Below, one piece after another: positions 18,075 through 29,300 of a DNA stretch of 64,000 nt. The notes below the pieces were generated by a model that had not been told where the DNA came from, did no database searches, and worked only from the letters and a program-made list of their open reading frames with translations. Position numbers and translations under genes: made by a program. Source of the stretch: Candidatus Rifleibacteriota bacterium (GTDB lineage Bacteria > Muiribacteriota > Ozemobacteria > Ozemobacterales > Ozemobacteraceae); NCBI GenBank assembly GCA_015232575.1, contig JADFZL010000003.1:128001-192000 (forward strand). Reading direction: 5' to 3'. How positions within the stretch are numbered: the stretch's first letter is position 1; every line of letters starts with the position of its first letter.

Positions 18075-18479
18075 ATGGGTTCTGAAATCAGGATTATTGT
18101 ACCAATGTCGGAAAAAAAATCTGTCGGTACTGCCAGAACTTTGCTGGTTGATTGGCTGCGAAATGAAGCTTCTGTGCATTTAAATAGTCGTGTGAAATAT
18201 TTCTCCGAAAGAATGGTTATCAGATATAATCAGGTTGTTATTAAAGACACCAGAAGCCGCTGGGGAAGTTGTTCAGGCAAGGGAAACATTAATTTCAACT
18301 GGCGGATAATAATGGCTCCGGAAGAAGTAATTGATTATATTGTAATTCATGAACTTGCACATATTACCAATATGGATCATTCAAAATCTTTCTGGAACGT
18401 GGTAAAAAATTACTGTGCTGAATATAAAAACCACCAGATGTGGCTGAGGGTTAATGGTGAAAAACTGTTTTTTGTCTGA
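18075..18479 (+). CDS. YgjP-like (DUF45/M48 family) zinc metallohydrolase
   Basis: RWGSCSGKGNINFNWRIIMAPEEVIDYIVIHELAHITNMDHSKSFW contains the HExxH...H motif of the family. Confidence 0.55.
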   Translation: MGSEIRIIVPMSEKKSVGTARTLLVDWLRNEASVHLNSRVKYFSERMVIRYNQVVIKDTRSRWGSCSGKGNINFNWRIIMAPEEVIDYIVIHELAHITNMDHSKSFWNVVKNYCAEYKNHQMWLRVNGEKLFFV

Positions 18480-18573
18480 CGAAAACCACAAAACCCCGAT
18501 CAGAAAAATGATTCTGACCGGGAATATAGTGAATAATACCAATTCTATATAGCTCGTTCATTCAGTTTTCTGT

Positions 18574-18596
18574 AGGGGCTTGATTTATCAAGCCCT
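18574..18596. repeat. family 4 hairpin repeat (AGGGCTTGATAAATCAAGCCCCT) between convergent genes; second copy at 36960-36985
   Basis: near-identical 23-25 nt hairpin in two places. Confidence 0.6.
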
Positions 18597-18632
18597 GGCT
18601 GGCCCACGAGTTATTGGGATTGGTATCACCGG

Positions 18633-18962
18633 TTAGGCTGAAAGTTGATTTGTAAACCTTTTTTCCAGTTTAAGGATTCTGAAGACGCTTTTTATGTCTT
18701 CGGAAGCTCCGATAACTGAAACACGACCGCCTGATTTTTTCATCAAATTACCTGTCGAAACGAGCAGATCAATTCCGTTTGAATCAAAAATCTTAACCCT
18801 CTCAAGGTCGAAAACAATCTCTTTTGCAGATTCAGCAAGCAATGGTTGGATTGCAGATCTGAGATGAGTAATGTTGCTTGCATTAATATTCTCAGATAAT
18901 TTTACTATTGTTTTGCCTTCCTCTTTACTAATTTCGTAAAGCCGTTCCATGGTGTCCTCCAA
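18633..18962 (-). CDS. STAS-domain anti-sigma-factor antagonist (SpoIIAA-like)
   Basis: 109 aa; STAS fold pattern with a DSNGIDLL phosphorylatable-Ser region. Confidence 0.7.
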   Translation of the reverse strand: MEDTMERLYEISKEEGKTIVKLSENINASNITHLRSAIQPLLAESAKEIVFDLERVKIFDSNGIDLLVSTGNLMKKSGGRVSVIGASEDIKSVFRILKLEKRFTNQLSA

Positions 18963-19332
18963 TTATTACATTTAGTTCTTTCTACTTTTAGAAAACTATA
19001 GCCCCCATAATACCGAAAAAAAAAGAATAAGTTTTTAAAAAAAATAATATTTTTCTAGCTAAAGAGGACGCACGATCGAGCACCTTGTGCTTCCCATCTA
19101 CTAGAAAGCCTCTAAGCGTTAACCATATTTTAAATTCGCATAAAAAAAAAATAAAAAAAGAAAATTCCAATACTATCGAGTTAGTTAAAATGTAAAATAC
19201 ATAAACAAACAAGTGATTATTCAATAAATGTAACGACAGAATAAACAAAGCAATATTCATGCCATTGTTTTTTCAACTCAATTAGACATTCATTAGAAAA
19301 ACATTTATAATCAGCGAAAACAGTCTGGAGAA

Positions 19333-19872
19333 ATGATTATGATTAAAAGCTTTAAAGGTAAAAAGCCTGAAATAAGTAATTCTGCATTTATTGCAGAGAA
19401 TTCTGTTATTATTGGTGACGTTAAGATCGGCGATAATGCAAGCATCTGGTATGGGGTAACTTTAAGAGGAGATATCAACCGAATTGTCGTGGGCAATGGT
19501 ACAAACATTCAGGAAGGAACTGTTGTCCATGTTGATAAATGTGTTCCCGGTAAAGATGGACATGGGAATACCATAATTGGAAATAATGTAACAATAGGTC
19601 ATGGCGCAATTATTCACGCATGTGAAATCGGTGATAACAGTCTAATTGGCATGAGTGCAACCGTTCTTTCGGGCGCAAAAATTTCAGAAAATTCCCTGGT
19701 AGCTGCTGGAAGCCTTGTGAGAGAGGGACAAGAATTCCCACCCGGTGCTTTCATTGCTGGAAACCCGGCAATTCAGAAAAAATGTCTTTCGCCAGAACAG
19801 ATAAATAAGCTCAAGGAGTCTGCTGAGAACTATTCCATTTTGGCGGCTGAATATCTGAAAGCTGGAAATTAA
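19333..19872 (+). CDS. gamma-class carbonic anhydrase family / hexapeptide-repeat protein (YrdA/PaaY-like)
   Basis: left-handed beta-helix hexapeptide repeats; SIWYGVTLRGDINRIVVGNGTNIQEGTVVH. Confidence 0.8.
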   Translation: MIMIKSFKGKKPEISNSAFIAENSVIIGDVKIGDNASIWYGVTLRGDINRIVVGNGTNIQEGTVVHVDKCVPGKDGHGNTIIGNNVTIGHGAIIHACEIGDNSLIGMSATVLSGAKISENSLVAAGSLVREGQEFPPGAFIAGNPAIQKKCLSPEQINKLKESAENYSILAAEYLKAGN

Positions 19873-20198
19873 TTTGCAGCTCGGCGTGAATAGCTGATAC
19901 AACTTAATAGGATAATAGTCGATTTATATATGCTCAGTGGCTTCCAGGCGCTTGCGAACAATGCCGAAAGATTCCGAGTCTACGAATTGTCCTGAAATAT
20001 TGAGTTGATACGTCGATTTTATAAAGATTGCTGAAAAAACGCCATCAATATGTCAGATTTTCTTCACTTTTACTTGTTCGAATTTTCCTTTATTCATACT
20101 TAATTTCTTACTGGGATAGGTTTTTGAAGGTAAATTCATACTCTGGCAGAAAAATTGCGAGTATTCTTCTGTATAAAAAAAGTAAAGGAGAATATAGT

Positions 20199-22049
20199 AT
20201 GAATGGTATTTTGAAGTCTTTGTTTGCAGCAGCGATAATGTTTTCTTTTAATTCAACAGTTGATGTTTCAGCAGCTCCAGTTAAAAAAACCGTTGCAATT
20301 GACGGAACTCACATAGTAAACAAGAGAGTTGAAAAACTTGTAAAAAAAGTTAAGCGTCAGACAAAAAAAGAGTATGCCGCTAAGCACAGAGCCCCGGAAC
20401 CTGAAAAAAAGATATACAAACTTGGTGACGAAGAATCTTTCTGGGCAACAAATGTAAAAGAAAATAAACAGTATCAGTTAAAAGCTACACTCAAAGCAAT
20501 TGGTCCAAACAGCTATATTTTTCTGGAAAATGGCAAGTCAGTTTCAGATGCAGACCTGAAAAGAATCAGCGATGATTTTGAAAATAAGGTATATAAAACT
20601 AATGTTAAGTATTTTGGAGCCGAATGGAATCCTGGAATTGACAATGATGTAAGAATGACTCTTCTTCTGCTTGATATTCAGGATAATTTTTCACCGGAAG
20701 GCGATCAGGGTTATGTAGGTGGTTACTTTTTTGCTGGTGATGAATTTCTCCAGTCTGATATTCCAGCTGACGTAGATGTAAAGAGTAATGAACGTGAGAT
20801 GCTCTATCTCGATATTTATCCATCAGATCCAACCAGCGGAGATTATCTTGCAGTAGTTGCTCATGAACATCAGCACATGGTTCACTTTGCACACGATCCG
20901 AATGAATTTACATGGTTGAACGAAGGTTGTTCGATGATATCAATGTATCTGAATGGCTACGGGCATCAATCACAGATTAAAAGTTTCATGGAACAGCCCG
21001 ATGTAAGTCTTACAGCGTGGTCTGATAAAAGTTCAATTGCAAATTATGGTATCAACTATCTGTTCAATTTTTATCTTCTTGAAAGATTCCTCAAAACCGA
21101 TGCATCGAGAGTTGATTTTTATACTAACCATGTAGACAACAAGCTTCAGGGCGTTGATTCGTTTGATGAGAAACTCAAAAAATCTTTTGGAACAGACTTT
21201 CAGAAATTTTTTACAGAGTTCGCAGTAACAAATTTTGTAAACAATCCAAAACTTGGAAATGGTGAATTTTCATATACTGATTCAGCATTAAATAAATTTA
21301 AACTGCCGGTTTGCAAGCATGTAAAGGCTTTTCCTGCAGAGATTACCGAACAGGTATACCTCTGGAGTGCTGATGGAATTAAAGTTGATCTTTCGACAGC
21401 AAAGAGTTCTTTGAAAATAGAATTTGCAGGTTCTTACGCAGCTTTTACAGAAGGAAAGCATATTGCTTATGAAGTAATTGCAGTTTTAACTGACTCCCGC
21501 GATAGAACCACTCCTGAAATGAAAAAAATCACCCTTGCTCCATCTGCAGATAAAAAAATTCAGTCAGGCGCTCTTGATCTGGTTCTGGATGGAAAGTTTG
21601 ATACAATGACTATAGTTGTAAGTGCACAGGCTCCAATGGGAATTCCAGATGCGGCTTATGCAAAGGCTCCAGCGATTCCATACGCGATTGAAATTAAAGA
21701 TGCCGGAACTCAGATTGCTAGAAGCGAAAATTCTGTTGTCAGTGTGTCAGCTCTTGTCAGCGATTACGAAAATGCTGCAGCATCTCTTAACAGCAGCAAT
21801 GAAGAAATTCAGCTTCAAGCTTATAATACTCTTGAAAGTGTGACTTATGAACTCAGTCGCAGTGTAACAGCAGATTGCGAAATTAGAAGCACAAAATCAA
21901 TTGATGAAATTATCGAAGCAGTTGAAAAAGCAGAATCAAAAGAATCTTTGAAGCCACTTGTTAAGAAAATAGTTGATGTCTTAAATAATAAAAATCTTCA
22001 GGATAACCTCAAGATCGAAGACAAAATCCAGACATTGAAATCACTGTAA
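20199..22049 (+). CDS. secreted zinc metallopeptidase (HExxH = HEHQH)
   Basis: signal peptide MNGILKSLFAAAIMFSFNSTVDVSA; AVVAHEHQHMVHF...NEG gluzincin-like motif; start moved to 20199 (GGAG RBS), the ORF track start 20028 being non-secretory. Confidence 0.55.
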   Translation: MNGILKSLFAAAIMFSFNSTVDVSAAPVKKTVAIDGTHIVNKRVEKLVKKVKRQTKKEYAAKHRAPEPEKKIYKLGDEESFWATNVKENKQYQLKATLKAIGPNSYIFLENGKSVSDADLKRISDDFENKVYKTNVKYFGAEWNPGIDNDVRMTLLLLDIQDNFSPEGDQGYVGGYFFAGDEFLQSDIPADVDVKSNEREMLYLDIYPSDPTSGDYLAVVAHEHQHMVHFAHDPNEFTWLNEGCSMISMYLNGYGHQSQIKSFMEQPDVSLTAWSDKSSIANYGINYLFNFYLLERFLKTDASRVDFYTNHVDNKLQGVDSFDEKLKKSFGTDFQKFFTEFAVTNFVNNPKLGNGEFSYTDSALNKFKLPVCKHVKAFPAEITEQVYLWSADGIKVDLSTAKSSLKIEFAGSYAAFTEGKHIAYEVIAVLTDSRDRTTPEMKKITLAPSADKKIQSGALDLVLDGKFDTMTIVVSAQAPMGIPDAAYAKAPAIPYAIEIKDAGTQIARSENSVVSVSALVSDYENAAASLNSSNEEIQLQAYNTLESVTYELSRSVTADCEIRSTKSIDEIIEAVEKAESKESLKPLVKKIVDVLNNKNLQDNLKIEDKIQTLKSL

Positions 22050-22058
22050 ATAATTAAT

Positions 22059-22105
22059 TCTCTCAATAAAAAAACCGCCGATAGGCGGTTTTTTTATTGA
22101 GAGAA
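22059..22105. terminator. bidirectional rho-independent terminator (long palindrome TTCTCTCAATAAAAAAACCGCCG ATAG CGGCGGTTTTTTTATTGAGAGAA)
   Basis: GC stem flanked by A7/T7 runs immediately after the peptidase stop. Confidence 0.85.
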
Positions 22106-22278
22106 TCTTGCATTAGAAATTAACGAGGGTTATTACGGCAAAACAATAATAAAGTGGTCATTTTACTTTTGCTCTCTCCCCGGAGTTGCAGCGGGAGAGT
22201 GTCGTGGTTAGTTGCATTGAAGAACACTGAACATATCAATCATTATGAAAATCAGTAAGTCTGAAAATTCTAGGTGAA

Positions 22279-23445
22279 TTATTTCTGTTTTTGTATTATT
22301 GATGACCGAAAGCTTGAAATATACTTTTGTGCCCGAATTGCTTCGTTCGAGCCTGGAAATTGTTTAATAACTTCACGGAGGTAATGAATAGCGTCGGTGG
22401 CAGCATTTGAGAGACCAGAAATCTGTTTTGCTCTTGAATAATATATTTCAGCGATAGCGAAGAGGGTTTCGGGGCTTTTGGCAATATTATTTGCCTTAAA
22501 GAGATATTTGGTCGCCAGACCGAGATTTCCAGTTTCTTTTGCTTCAAGGCCTTTTGAAATTAATTCATTTACATTCGTAGGAATTTCAATCTTTGTTTCT
22601 GAGGAATTTTTGACTATATCTGAATTTTCATTGCCTGCTTTTTTTATATTCTGAAACGTTTTTATCTGAGGTTTTTCAATAGTAGTTTTTCCGTCTACCA
22701 AAGTCAATTTAAGCGAGTTTTCGAGATTCTTTTTCCATTCTTCAATTTTTTTTATGCGAGCTCGTGTAAGAGCTTTCTTTTCTTCTGAGATATCAGAGGA
22801 AACATATTTGTTGAGTCCAATTAAGGCCTTTGAAAAGTCACCCATAAGAGCAAGATAAACAGAGTGATAGAAAAGAGAATCAGGTTGATTGTTTGACATA
22901 GCTACAGAATAATAATTCAGACCTGTTTTTATTATTCCCTGATCAATTCCGTCCAGGAAATCAGGGTCCAGGTCTGCACATTCAATAAATTTCGGGAAGG
23001 CTATTTCAAATTTTCCAAGAGATTTGTCTTTAAGGACTTCAAGAAACAGTTCTCTTGCCTTTTTCTGGTCTGCATTTAAATAAGCTGATTTATTGCGCTT
23101 TTCGAGAGCTATTTTTACTTCGAGCAGTTCAATTTTGAATGAAAGTGATGGATAATTAGGAAGAATATTTTTGACTTTTTTAAATGTGTCAAGAGATTCA
23201 TCAAGTCTGTTGATTTTTTCGAGAAGTGTTCCCATGGCATATAGAATTTTGGGGTCATTGGGAAATTTTGTCAACCCTTCAGAAAGAGTGTTAATGGCAT
23301 CTTGCAGGTTGTTTTTTGCTTCGTCACGTGCTTTAGTCAGAAAAGTGTCAGGACCTGTTCCTGGTTTCGCTGCATAAGTAAAGTTTAAATCGGAGAACTG
23401 AGAAAAAAGAATACAGCCAGCAAGAAAAATAAAGCGTTTTTTCAT
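22279..23445 (-). CDS. TPR-like lipoprotein (last gene of the pseudopilin operon)
   Basis: signal peptide with LAGC lipobox; TPR-like helical repeats. Confidence 0.5.
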   Translation of the reverse strand: MKKRFIFLAGCILFSQFSDLNFTYAAKPGTGPDTFLTKARDEAKNNLQDAINTLSEGLTKFPNDPKILYAMGTLLEKINRLDESLDTFKKVKNILPNYPSLSFKIELLEVKIALEKRNKSAYLNADQKKARELFLEVLKDKSLGKFEIAFPKFIECADLDPDFLDGIDQGIIKTGLNYYSVAMSNNQPDSLFYHSVYLALMGDFSKALIGLNKYVSSDISEEKKALTRARIKKIEEWKKNLENSLKLTLVDGKTTIEKPQIKTFQNIKKAGNENSDIVKNSSETKIEIPTNVNELISKGLEAKETGNLGLATKYLFKANNIAKSPETLFAIAEIYYSRAKQISGLSNAATDAIHYLREVIKQFPGSNEAIRAQKYISSFRSSIIQKQK

Positions 23446-23467
23446 AGGAATGCTCCAGAACTCTATT

Positions 23468-24052
23468 TTATATCTTTCTTTTTATTTCGACTTGTTTTTC
23501 AATGTATTCGATTCGATCCTGATTGCTGTCGCGTTCGTCAAAGGCGTATCCCATGACTTTAATTGTAGCTGTTTCTCTTGTTAAGCCAAGATCTGTATCA
23601 GTATTGGTATAAAAAGATGAAATTGAGAAACTGCTGACCTCGTATCTCCAGGGGTGGGGGCCTGACGTTAGTTCCTTGAAACTCCAGGGCATTGATGCGG
23701 AATTAAGATCTGAACGAAACATTTCAAGAGCTTGCGGATAAAAATTAGTTGGTGTTGTATCAGTTGCAATCAGACTATTTCCACGTGGGTTAAAAAATGG
23801 GCATACACCTCTGTAGAGTGATGATGCAGCATAGGCATCACGCGGAAGAATGCGAAGCTTCAGCAATGCATGCTGAATTCCTCCCATAGCCATGTAATAT
23901 GCTTTTTTCTGAGTGTGTGAAGCCAGTGACTGTTTTTTCACTCTTGATCTGAAAGTCGAAAGAGTAAAAAGAAATGTCATAAAAATCACGCAGAAAAGGA
24001 GTGTTAATGGAACAGCCATTCCATTTTTCGAAGAAGAATTTCGCTCTGTCAT
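23468..24052 (-). CDS. hypothetical membrane-anchored protein (possible degenerate minor pseudopilin)
   Basis: N-terminal hydrophobic helix AVPLTLLFCVIFMTFLFTL; start overlaps the upstream pseudopilin stop (ATGA). Confidence 0.35.
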   Translation of the reverse strand: MTERNSSSKNGMAVPLTLLFCVIFMTFLFTLSTFRSRVKKQSLASHTQKKAYYMAMGGIQHALLKLRILPRDAYAASSLYRGVCPFFNPRGNSLIATDTTPTNFYPQALEMFRSDLNSASMPWSFKELTSGPHPWRYEVSSFSISSFYTNTDTDLGLTRETATIKVMGYAFDERDSNQDRIEYIEKQVEIKRKI

Positions 24053-24603
24053 AATCGCGCTTTCCTCGTATAAAGATAGATAGGGTGGCGATCATAGTCT
24101 TTCACATCTGCTCCGTGAGGTTTCCAGCGAACGGTCAGTTTGATATCCTTCAGGTCGACATCAGAAGGAGATGATAGTTTTTCTTTATCGAGTTGGTATA
24201 TCGATCTGCTTGTGTCAGCGACAATTATAGCGGATAGAGTGCTTATTTGCTCAATTCCGTTGAGGCATGGTGGATGGTAATCAATTCTGGGTACAACAAA
24301 ATTATACGCTGATGATGCCTGACTGACTTCATTCACCTCCACTTTATAAAGAATATCTGTAAATTTAAGCGTAATAGTGACATCTGTCGGGCTTGCAATA
24401 TTGGAATCAGTAAAATCCATTTTCATGAGAATTGTGTCCATAATGTCGCAGGCAAATTGCATTGCTTCTGATTCACTTCTTTCATATTTTGTACTTTTTG
24501 ATGATGTGGTAAGCATATCAACAATTGGAAGGAGCGCTGCACCCATAATTAAAACTGCAATCATAATTTCAACAAGTGTTACGGCAGATGTTGCTTTTAT
24601 CAC
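24049..24603 (-). CDS. prepilin-type N-terminal cleavage/methylation domain protein (pseudopilin) with Ala at -1
   Basis: MIKATSA|VTLVEIMIAVLIMGAALL: Glu at +5 and a hydrophobic alpha-1N helix, but Ala rather than Gly before the cleavage site. Confidence 0.6.
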   Translation of the reverse strand: MIKATSAVTLVEIMIAVLIMGAALLPIVDMLTTSSKSTKYERSESEAMQFACDIMDTILMKMDFTDSNIASPTDVTITLKFTDILYKVEVNEVSQASSAYNFVVPRIDYHPPCLNGIEQISTLSAIIVADTSRSIYQLDKEKLSSPSDVDLKDIKLTVRWKPHGADVKDYDRHPIYLYTRKARL

Positions 24604-25286
24604 AGGTGACCTCCCTGCTGGAATTCAACTTCGAAAGGAGCTTCTATTTTTTCGATTACCCTTGTTTCGGGATATTTGGGACTCTGGGCTTCAATTTTAA
24701 GTTCAACGAAATTCCTCATATTTACAGCCAGAAGAGTTTGATCAGTAACAGGTAATATCCGCAAATCAATTTTAAATGGATCTTCGCATATAACCTGGGA
24801 TACTTCTCCGATTAATGAAGGATCTCCAGATACAAATGATCTTCTGTAGACAAGCTTCTTATTTTTTACTTCAAGATAACCTTCCATAATCAGAGGATCT
24901 TTTGCCGGCTCGCCAATAATATCTTTTGAACCGGGAAGGCACATGAAAAATCTCAACAAAGGGGTATTGTTGCTGCAATTTGTAAGAGAAAAAGGATTTC
25001 CTGCATGATAAAGCTTTTTAGGTCTGTCATCTCCGAATGGTTCTGTTCCGCGCTGGGAAACAATTGAAGGAATGGAAACCTTATTGAGTTCCTGACGCAA
25101 AAAATCAAGTCCGATTCTCATTTTATTTGTTGTTTGTGCAACCCACATTCCCCGTTCATTTACCCTTCGGAAGTGCATAAAAAGATCATATAACCCGGAA
25201 AGAAGCATAACAAGAACAAGAGCCGCAATAATTATCTCTACGAGTGTAAAAGCATCTTTTGAAGAAAAAGTTTTTTTACTCTTCAA
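24600..25286 (-). CDS. prepilin-type N-terminal cleavage/methylation domain protein (pseudopilin) with Ala at -1
   Basis: MKSKKTFSSKDA|FTLVEIIIAALVLVMLLSGL: FTLVE with Glu +5; Ala at -1. Confidence 0.65.
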   Translation of the reverse strand: MKSKKTFSSKDAFTLVEIIIAALVLVMLLSGLYDLFMHFRRVNERGMWVAQTTNKMRIGLDFLRQELNKVSIPSIVSQRGTEPFGDDRPKKLYHAGNPFSLTNCSNNTPLLRFFMCLPGSKDIIGEPAKDPLIMEGYLEVKNKKLVYRRSFVSGDPSLIGEVSQVICEDPFKIDLRILPVTDQTLLAVNMRNFVELKIEAQSPKYPETRVIEKIEAPFEVEFQQGGHL

Positions 25287-25289
25287 TTG

Positions 25290-26327
25290 CTAGAACCCTT
25301 TCTCTTTCATATAATCTTCCATCGTTTTGCCTTCTTTTTTGAGTTTTTCATTCAATTTTTCCTGACCAGGCAACTCGCCACGTTTTTGTTTTTCGAGAAG
25401 ATTTTTCTTTATTTCTTCGAGAACTTCTTCACGTTCTTCCTGAGTCGTGGCATTTTCGAGTTTGTCTCTTGCCTCTGTTATCATTGAATCAATCTTTTCT
25501 TTTTCTTCGGTGCCAAGTTTTTCGGTCTGGCTTCCGATGAGTTCTTCAAGATCTTTCTGTGTAAATTCACCAGCTTCAATTGTATCAAGGAGTTTATCTT
25601 TGGAAGATCTATTGAGATAATCGAATTTATGTGTGATAATGAACTCTTCGTTTGAATCAGCAATGTAATCAAGAGCTCGCATGTAAACTTCGGCTGCTTT
25701 GTCTTTCAGGTTAGAGCTTTCATAAAGGAAAGCAAGTTGTAACATAGGTTCTTTGTTCCAGTCTTTTCCCTGGAGCGAACTTTGCAGAGCTTCTTCATAA
25801 ATCTTCATCGCCTGTTTCAGTTCTTCATAGTTTTTATATCTGAGTGTCGGATTCAGGCGAAATGCCTGGAACAAAGTAACCGCCAGTTTTAATCTCTGCT
25901 TTGAATCTTGATTTTTGAGATAAGTGTTAAACTTTTCCTCACCTTTTTGATTAAACTTTTCCTGTAAATTTTTTACCTTCTTTTTATAGTCTTTTAATTT
26001 CTGGTTGTATTCCTCACCCTTTTCAGTGGAAGGTCTTGATCTGGCTACTATTTCAAAGTTTTCTTTAGCCTGAAGATAGTCTTCGAGTCTGGTAAGAATC
26101 TGTGCAAATACATATCTGAAAACGGCATTGTCAGGCTCTTTTTTGATGGCCTCAAGCATAAGTTTGCTTGCCTTTTCAAGATCATTTGCCTTGAAGGCTT
26201 CTTCTGCCTGTTTCATAAGTTCAGATGCTTCCTGATTTGTCCCCTTAGCTGAAACAGGCAGAAAACTACCTGAAAGTAGAATTACAGCAGACAGAAAAAT
26301 AATTACAATGCAGCTTTTCGATTTCAT
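25290..26327 (-). CDS. secreted TPR-like/coiled-coil protein
   Basis: signal peptide; TPR-like N-half; K/E-rich coiled-coil C-half. Confidence 0.5.
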   Translation of the reverse strand: MKSKSCIVIIFLSAVILLSGSFLPVSAKGTNQEASELMKQAEEAFKANDLEKASKLMLEAIKKEPDNAVFRYVFAQILTRLEDYLQAKENFEIVARSRPSTEKGEEYNQKLKDYKKKVKNLQEKFNQKGEEKFNTYLKNQDSKQRLKLAVTLFQAFRLNPTLRYKNYEELKQAMKIYEEALQSSLQGKDWNKEPMLQLAFLYESSNLKDKAAEVYMRALDYIADSNEEFIITHKFDYLNRSSKDKLLDTIEAGEFTQKDLEELIGSQTEKLGTEEKEKIDSMITEARDKLENATTQEEREEVLEEIKKNLLEKQKRGELPGQEKLNEKLKKEGKTMEDYMKEKGF

Positions 26328-26332
26328 AGGCT

Positions 26333-29300
26333 TTACCTTTTATGACGTTGATCTTCGAGAGTTCTGATAATTTCCATGTTTGGACTCCATATTCTGAAAT
26401 GCACCTTCAAAGTTCTGTTATTTGGAATTGTTACTTTATCTGAAGCTTCGAGTTTAATTGAACATTCTTCCCCGTCATCGTTAGGATTTGGGAAAGTATA
26501 TTCTCTCCAGTAAAATTTATCAACTGGAACAACTCCGCCAGAAGGATAGGTTGGAGTATCCATCAAAGTAATCATTGATGTGACTTTTCCGTTATCATCT
26601 TTAAATTTCGAGTCTGAGGTTAGTTTTACGGAAACTCCGCATGGGAAACTCGAGTCGGTATTTTTGAATGCGTTGATGTTGTCCCATGTCCAATAGCGGA
26701 AAACCAGCGGAATTTTTGAATCATGGTGAAATGCTGTTTTGTTTGCGGCAACGGTATCACCGCCATTCCAGTAATTCGGGGGTTTTATTTCTGAAATTGT
26801 CAAATTAGTTTCTGGAACGGCAAAAAGCCAGGGTCTGAAGAATCCCTTTTCCACATTATCCTGAGTTGGAAAATAACCTGTTTCCTGATCGGCAGTTAAT
26901 AGATAATTAAAGAGCCACTGGCTATCAGAATATTGAGTATCCTGATCTGTATAAGACTTCATTCCAATGTTTGAATCAGTAGCAATGACAACAGAAGCTG
27001 TTCTGGCCTGGGTAAAGGCTTCCCAATATTTAGGCGACTGGCCTTCACCAGCAAACAGGTTTCCATACAAAGTTGCTTTGTGAATCTTTGTATTCAGTAT
27101 TTCAAGAGCGATATTAGGCTTTCCTTCATCGACAAGTGAACTCAGAAACATAAACTCACCCCAGTTTCCTGCAGGTGAAGTGTAAGTAAGTCTTCCGCCT
27201 TTAACTGGCAGGGTACTCGTCGGAGCATTTAGGTTTCCTGTTGGCTGTGTCCACGAGCTGACAAAGTTGTCTGGAAGGTCAACTCCTGAAAAAGTCAGAG
27301 AGGCTATTGCAAGAACATTATCAGCACTTGGAGTCTGGTTACCTGAACCGTCAGTTACAGTTGGAAACATTTTGATCGCTTTTGCGCTCCATGGGTAGAA
27401 GTGTATTCCATCAGAAAAGACCGGTGTTCCATCGGTTGGCAAGGTTGCCGGAGCTGTAAAATTTCCACGGGCGGCATCGCCGAATGGAAGTATATAATTA
27501 TCTGATGTTTGTGCGAAATTGTATCCCATTGGCTCATTTAAATCGGAAAGAGGGACTTCAAATTCAATTGAGGAATGTCCTTCCCATGTTTCGTCGGCTG
27601 CGGAATATAAATCTTTTAGACTAGAAACCGGTGCTCCATTCCTGTCAAGAATTTTTGGCACGGCTTTCGAAGGATCTACTGAAATATTTTTCCAGACAAA
27701 TCGCTGCGCCGGAACAACGGTAACACCGAGTAAAGAAGGAAAAGGAGAATTTTCATTGCTGCTGCCTTTTAAACCAACATAAACAGGTACACATACGTTA
27801 TAAGTGAAAGTTGCTCCGATTAATGGTGTTTCACCAGGTGGCCAAAAACCTTCATCAGAAGGGATTAGATATCTTGCAAATTCACTATTTTTGTTATTGC
27901 CACTTTTTCGTTCCCCTGCCTCAAATATTTCAAGAGTTTCAAGAGATTTAGTTCCCATAATATCACTATTATATTTCAATTTGTTTGAATCATTTGTCGA
28001 GAGCAAAGGGTTATTGTCTAGGACTTTGAATTTGATCTTATCTGCTGTGGAACTCTGGGCAAGGGTCTTACCGGTTGCCCCTTTGATTTCGCCGGTTGTT
28101 GCGACCCATGAAAAGGAAGCGGGTGGTTGGGTATCTACTACAGTTACATAAACAATGGTATTGCGTCCGGGAGAAGAATACCCAATTGCAGGATATGAAC
28201 CACGGACAAAAATTCCGCCGACGTCATAGTCGTTTTCATCAAGTGACCATTCATAATAGTCATCCAGGTTTGTTGTTGCCGATGAAATCTGTGTCAATTC
28301 TGGTTTTAGTTTTCTTGTTCCTTCAATCCAGACCCACACCCAGTCAGAGTAAGACTCCAGGTTTGTCTGGCAATCTACTTTCCAATAGTCGGGGGCTGTA
28401 GGAGTATTGAAGTTTACACTTACAAAGGTAGATGCTTTATTAATCTGTGTCGAAGAAGCAGGCGGAGTAATAAAAAAATTTGTATTGTAGACACCAGAAC
28501 TATACCAAGTTGGATTTCCCTGGCAAGCGATGTAGCAGGATGCTAAAATGATCTTCTCTTTTTCTGCAATTGGCCCTTTTGAATAGTTAGGGTTTGAACC
28601 AATATCTTTAAATGCGCGAGTGACAGGGGCGGCCCCTATATCTTTTTTTGTGCCAATTGCCAGAGGTGTTAAAATCTTTTCTTTAAGCCAGGCCTCCAGT
28701 GCGCTCTTGTGACTTGGTTTTGATGCGGTAAAAGAAGTAGTCTCTGGTACATAGGAGAGAACATCTCCACCAAAATCAGGGGTGGCAGGGGTACTTAGTA
28801 TTTTATCAAATACCGCTTCAACGTTTAATCCTGGAATTTTAGCATTGATCTGAGGGATGATAAAAGCCTTATTTTGTTGCCACGAATAGCCAAGCATATT
28901 ACGCGCAGTTTTTTCGTCATATTCCAATGACCAGTTTGCATTTACAGCCGGACCTGTGCCCGATTCGTCTACGACGACCATGCAGCTTGGACTCTGCTCT
29001 GCATTAAGCGGAAATATTCTAAAAGTTGGTTCCCCTGGAGGACCGGATCCAGGATCGTAATCACCACGGCCATTTCCTGTTATTGTCCAGGTTGGTTTAG
29101 GAGCATCAGCAAAGGTAGTTGCGTACTGGTTTTTTGCCTCACCTTCTTCCCAAAAAATAGGTCGAGGAGGATCAATAGGGATAGCGCTTTGAATAAGACC
29201 TTCAAAAACTACCTTTGTACCGCATGGTACAACAAGGAATTTCATGTCGTTCTCATCCCATGCCTTGAAGAATTTCCCGCCAGCAAAGGGCGTATTTTCA

